Positions 7,798 through 11,416 of a stretch of 11,416 nt of DNA are shown here, one piece after another. Origin of the DNA: a virus (Duplodnaviria; Heunggongvirae; Uroviricota; Caudoviricetes); IMG/VR virus record IMGVR_UViG_2541047168_000023, positions 1-11,416 of that record, one strand, 5' to 3'. Every line of letters starts with the position of its first letter. The first letter of the stretch is position 1. The notes beneath the pieces were generated by a model. That model was not told the DNA's origin, did not search any database, and saw only the letters and a program-made list of their open reading frames with translations. Position numbers and translations under genes: made by a program.

Positions 7798-8220
7798 ATG
7801 TTTCTGAAAACAGAACAATTTGAATATAACGGTGTGTCCGTCACGCTTTCCGAATTGTCTGCGCTGCAGCGGTTTGATTATATAAAGTTTGTTTCAGACG
7901 CAGAACAACAGGAGACAACGAAGCATGATGTCGTGCACATTAACCAGCGATATCTGGAAACGGCATCCCTGCTTGTGGCGATGTCGCTATGGCATTCCCA
8001 TTCCCTCAAAGGCACTCTGGCCTCTCCGGAGACAGAGATGCAGCAGATCCGCCGTGAAGTGATGCTGGGATGGCCTGCTGATGCACTGAATCAGGCAACG
8101 AACCGGGTGCTTTATCTTTCAGGTATGCTGGATAACCGGCACGATGCCGATCCTGAACCAACCGGGAAAACAGAAGCGACTGAGCCGGTAACATCAAAAA
8201 AGCATTCGAAGGCGAGCTGA
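7798..8220 (+). CDS. G: Tail assembly chaperone gpG
   Basis: 140 aa, RBS GGAGG upstream. MFLKTEQFEYNGVSVTLSELSALQR...LLVAMSLWH... matches lambda gpG (MFLKTESFEHNGVTVTLSELSALQR...FLVAMSLWH...) as recalled. Confidence 0.9.
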   Translation: MFLKTEQFEYNGVSVTLSELSALQRFDYIKFVSDAEQQETTKHDVVHINQRYLETASLLVAMSLWHSHSLKGTLASPETEMQQIRREVMLGWPADALNQATNRVLYLSGMLDNRHDADPEPTGKTEATEPVTSKKHSKAS

Positions 8221-8555
8221 ACTTTGTCCTGAAACTGGCGCGTGAGATGGAGAGAGCCGACTGGCGCGCCATGCTTGCCGGGATGACATCCACCGAATAT
8301 GCCGACTGGCGACGTTTTTACTGCACGCATTATTTTCAGGATACCCAGCTGGATATGCATTTTTCCGGGCTGATGTACGCCGTACTCAGCCTGTTTTTTT
8401 GCGATCCGGATATGCATCCGGCGGATTTCAGCCTGTTCGCTCCGGAGGCAGAGGAAGGACAGGCGGAGACGCCGGACGAAAATGATGTACTGATGCAGAA
8501 GGCGGCGGGCCTCGCCGGTGGAGTCCGTTTCGGGGAGGAGGGAAGGAGGTTGTGA
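7798..8555 (+). CDS. T: Tail assembly protein G-T (fusion produced by a -1 frameshift near 8196-8202)
   Basis: The T-homologous ORF (8247-8555 in the track) has no RBS or independent context and sits in the -1 frame relative to G. It continues without a stop from the slippery site at about 8199. Confidence 0.75.
8196..8202 (+). promoter_or_regulatory. Programmed -1 ribosomal frameshift slippery heptamer A-AAA-AAG (G to G-T)
   Basis: In the G frame the codons are TCA AAA AAG, six codons before the G stop. The -1 frame from here is open to 8555 and encodes a gpT homolog (MERADWRAMLAGMTSTEYADW...DPDMHP...VLMQKAAGLAGGVRFG). The G/G-T arrangement is conserved in lambda-like tail modules. Confidence 0.7.
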
Positions 8556-8598
8556 CAGTTATTGATGGTATCAGAGGACATTTCAGGAGGTGACCACG

Positions 8599-11244
8599 AT
8601 GGCAGGTAATTTTGCCGATCTGACAGCCGTGCTGACACTGGATTCTGCCCGTTTTTCTGAAGAGGCAGCGCGGGTAAAAAAAGAGCTGGGTGAAACCAGT
8701 GCGCTTGCTGATTTGATGTCCGGGAAAGTCAGTCAGTCTTTCAGAAAACAGGCTGATGCTGCTGAGCAGAGTCTGAGCCGACAGGCGCTGGCTGCACAAA
8801 AAGCCGGGATATCAGTCGGACAGTATAAGGCTGCCATGCGCACACTGCCCGCACAGTTCACGGATATTGTCACTCAGCTTGCCGGTGGTCAGAATCCCTT
8901 CCTTATCATGCTGCAGCAGGGGGGGCAGATCAGCGATTCATTCGGTGGACCGCTCAGCCTGCTTACCCTGCTGAAGGAGGAACTTCTCGGGATCAGGGAT
9001 GCCTCTGAATCATCAGAGGAGTCGCTGTCAGATACGGCAAATGCACTGGCTGAAAATGCCCGGAATGCCGGTGAGCTGGGACGATTTATGTCGGTGGCCC
9101 GTGTGGCGGCAGGTGGCGGGGTTGCCGTACTGGCCGCGCTTGCTGCCGCCGCCTGGCAGGCAGAGCAGGCTGACCGGGCCTTATTGCGTTCACTGACCCT
9201 GACCGGAGGGGCTGCTGCCACCACAACGGCAGAATTGTGGAAAATGGCCGGGGTGATCAGCGATGAAGCCGGTGGTGGTATCAGACAGGCGGCAGAAAAT
9301 CTGGCCCGTCTGGCAGAAAGCGGGAAATATACCGCCGGGCAGCTACGGATCATGGGGGAAACCTCTCAGAGATGGCTGCAGACGGTGGGGGACGATGCCG
9401 GGAAGGTGGAAAAAGCCTTTGAAGGGATTGCAGCAGATCCGGTGAAGGCGCTGGCCTCCCTGAATCAGCAGTATAACTTCCTGAGCGTTTCCCAGTTACG
9501 CCATATTGATGAGCTTGAGCGCACGAAAGGTAAACAGGCTGCGGTGACGGAGGCGATGTCCCTGTTTGCGGATGTCATGAATGCACGTCTGGAGCAACTT
9601 GATAAAGCGGCCACGCCGGTGGAAAAAATCTGGGACGATGTTAAAACCTGGACTTCTGACGCATGGGCATGGATAGGTGATCATACACTGGGGGCACTCA
9701 GTCTGATCACTGACGTGGTGGCAGGAACCGTTGAACAGGTGAAGCTGCTGCTTGTGCAGGGGGATCTGGCGCTGGCTGAATTTATTCAGTCAGCCTGGGA
9801 AACGACAAAGAATGTGCCCGGCGTTGGTGCGTTGTTTGGTGAACTGGCAGAAGAGAACCGCGTATTTATTGAGAAAACAAAACGTGATGAACTGGCGCTG
9901 AGAAAATCCATTGCGGAACGGGATGCGCGTATACGCCAGGGGGAAATGGGGTACATCAACCGCTCGCGTGCAACAGGCGTCAGCAAAGGTCCGGGGCAGC
10001 AGGAAGCCGTCAGCCGTCTGGCTGAAGAGCTGACAGGTAAAAAGCATACATCACCGAAAACGCGCTCTGCCGGGGAGAGGGAAGAGGAGCAGGCAAGAGA
10101 GGCTCTGCTTGCCCTTGAAGCTGAGCTCAGGACGCTGGAAAAACACAGCGGTGCGAATGAGAAAATCAGCCGGCAGCGCCGTGATTTATGGAAAGCGGAA
10201 AGTCAGTATGCGGTCCTGAAAGAGGCTGCCACGAAACGACAGTTATCTGAGCAGGAAAAATCCCTGCTGGCGCATAAAGACGAGACGCTGGAGTACAAAC
10301 GCCAGCTGGCTGAGCTGGGCGACAAGGTTGAATACCAGAAACGCCTGAATGAGCTGGCACAGCAGGCGGTGCGGTTTGAAGAGCAGCAGAGCGCGAAGCA
10401 GGCCGCCATCAGCGCAAAAGCCCGCGGTCTCACTGACCGTCAGGCGCAGCGGGAGTCTGAAGCGCAGCGTCTTCGGGACGTGTACGGTGATAATCCGGCT
10501 GCGCTGGCGAAGGCCACATCGGCACTGAAGAACACCAGGTCTGCGGAGGAGCAGCTTCGTGGAAGCTGGATGGCCGGGCTGAAGTCCGGCTGGGGCGAGT
10601 GGGCGGAAAGTGCGACGGACAGTTTTTCGCAGGTTAAAAGTGCTGCCACGCAGACCTTTGACGGTATTGCACAGAATATGGCGGCGATGCTGACCGGTGC
10701 AGAGGCAGACTGGCGGGGATTCACCCGTTCGGTGCTGTCCATGATGACAGAAATCCTGCTTAAACAGGCCATGGTGGGCATTGTCGGGCGTATCGGCAGC
10801 GCCATTGGCGGTGCTTTCGGTGGTGGTGCATCTGCTTCCTCGGGGACGGCCATTCAGGCTGCGGCGGCGAACTTCCATTTCGCGACCGGAGGATTTACGG
10901 GGACGGGCGGCAAATATGAGCCTGCGGGGATAGTTCACCGCGGGGAGTTTGTTTTCACGAAAGAGGCAACCAGCCGGATAGGTGTGGGGAATCTTTACCG
11001 TCTGATGCGCGGCTATGCGGAAGGTGGTTATGTGGGTGGTGCCGGAAGTCCGGCGCAGATGCGGCGGACGGAAGGCATTAATTTTAATCAGAACAATCAC
11101 GTGGTGATTCAGAACGACGGCTCCAACGGACAGGCGGGGCCGCAGCTGATGAAGGCGGTGTATGACATGGCCCGCAAGGGGGCGCAGGATGAGATTCAGG
11201 CGCAGATGCGTGATGGCGGCGTCTTTTCCGGAGGCAGGCGATGA
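8599..11244 (+). CDS. H: Tail tape measure protein gpH
   Basis: About 880 aa. RBS AGGAGG (8585-8590) precedes ATG 8599, which I prefer over GTG 8590. Long stretches match lambda gpH as recalled (SLSRQALAAQKAGISVGQYKAAMR.LPAQFTD, LRTLEKH.GANEKIS.QRRDLWKAESQ.AVL.EAA, SVLSMMTEILLKQAMVGIVG, HFATGGFTGTGGKYEPAGIVHRGEFVFTKEATSRIGVGNLYRLMRGYA). Confidence 0.92.
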   Translation: MAGNFADLTAVLTLDSARFSEEAARVKKELGETSALADLMSGKVSQSFRKQADAAEQSLSRQALAAQKAGISVGQYKAAMRTLPAQFTDIVTQLAGGQNPFLIMLQQGGQISDSFGGPLSLLTLLKEELLGIRDASESSEESLSDTANALAENARNAGELGRFMSVARVAAGGGVAVLAALAAAAWQAEQADRALLRSLTLTGGAAATTTAELWKMAGVISDEAGGGIRQAAENLARLAESGKYTAGQLRIMGETSQRWLQTVGDDAGKVEKAFEGIAADPVKALASLNQQYNFLSVSQLRHIDELERTKGKQAAVTEAMSLFADVMNARLEQLDKAATPVEKIWDDVKTWTSDAWAWIGDHTLGALSLITDVVAGTVEQVKLLLVQGDLALAEFIQSAWETTKNVPGVGALFGELAEENRVFIEKTKRDELALRKSIAERDARIRQGEMGYINRSRATGVSKGPGQQEAVSRLAEELTGKKHTSPKTRSAGEREEEQAREALLALEAELRTLEKHSGANEKISRQRRDLWKAESQYAVLKEAATKRQLSEQEKSLLAHKDETLEYKRQLAELGDKVEYQKRLNELAQQAVRFEEQQSAKQAAISAKARGLTDRQAQRESEAQRLRDVYGDNPAALAKATSALKNTRSAEEQLRGSWMAGLKSGWGEWAESATDSFSQVKSAATQTFDGIAQNMAAMLTGAEADWRGFTRSVLSMMTEILLKQAMVGIVGRIGSAIGGAFGGGASASSGTAIQAAAANFHFATGGFTGTGGKYEPAGIVHRGEFVFTKEATSRIGVGNLYRLMRGYAEGGYVGGAGSPAQMRRTEGINFNQNNHVVIQNDGSNGQAGPQLMKAVYDMARKGAQDEIQAQMRDGGVFSGGRR

Positions 11245-11416
11245 AAACCTTTCGCTGGAAAGTGAAGCCGGATATGGAGGTGAACTCGCAGCCATCGGTG
11301 CGTGAAGTGCGTTTTGGTGACGGGTATTCGCAGCGTATGGCGGCGGGGCTGAATGCTGACCTGAAAACATACCGTGTGACGCTTTCCGTGACCCGGGAGG
11401 AGGCCCGACATCTGGA
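11241..11416 (+). CDS. M: Minor tail protein gpM (5' part; runs off the window end)
   Basis: ATG 11241 overlaps the H stop (ATGA). Translation MKTFRWKVKPDMEVNSQPSVREVRFGDGYSQRMAAGLNADLKTYRVTLSV... matches lambda gpM (MKTFRWKVKP...VRFGDGYSQR...LKTY.VTLSV) as recalled. It is absent from the ORF track only because no stop falls inside the window. Confidence 0.85.
   Translation, partial: MKTFRWKVKPDMEVNSQPSVREVRFGDGYSQRMAAGLNADLKTYRVTLSVTREEARHL

Noticed and set aside
8162-8170. CGGGAAAAC as an alternative G-T slippery site (resembles the lambda GGGAAAG)
   Set aside because: It does not form an X-XXY-YYZ heptamer in the G reading frame, whereas A-AAA-AAG at 8196-8202 does.
8590-8598. GTG 8590 as the start of H
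   Set aside because: The AGGAGG RBS ends at 8590, leaving no spacer. ATG 8599 has proper spacing and aligns better with the gpH N-terminus.
1-11416. CRISPR arrays, tRNA/rRNA genes, IS elements or integrase/att sites
   Set aside because: No regularly spaced direct repeats with unique spacers, no tRNA-like structures, and no transposase- or integrase-like ORFs were seen. The only repeats are the cosB elements and the in-frame repeats inside C.

Overview
This window is the DNA-packaging, head and tail module of a lambda-family (lambdoid) prophage, all on the + strand, starting at a lambda-type cos site. Gene order is cos, small terminase (Nu1-like), large terminase A, W, portal B, prohead protease/scaffold C, decoration protein D, a truncated major capsid gene E, a 5'-truncated major tail gene V, G, the G-T frameshift product, tape measure H and the start of M. 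Protein assignments rest on my recollection of the phage lambda proteins; no search was run. The element looks defective: the A reading frame is broken at a run of 10 G, and an internal deletion joins the first ~84 codons of E to V from about codon 9, removing the rest of E and the genes that lie between E and V in lambda. Other points worth a second look are a cosN that matches lambda next to a divergent cosB-like repeat set, an expanded tandem repeat in the C-terminal part of C, an A-AAA-AAG slippery site for G-T, and a perfect Fur-box-like palindrome upstream of cos. I see no rRNA, tRNA, CRISPR array, IS element or cargo/defence gene, and no evidence of a novel system beyond this decaying prophage architecture.
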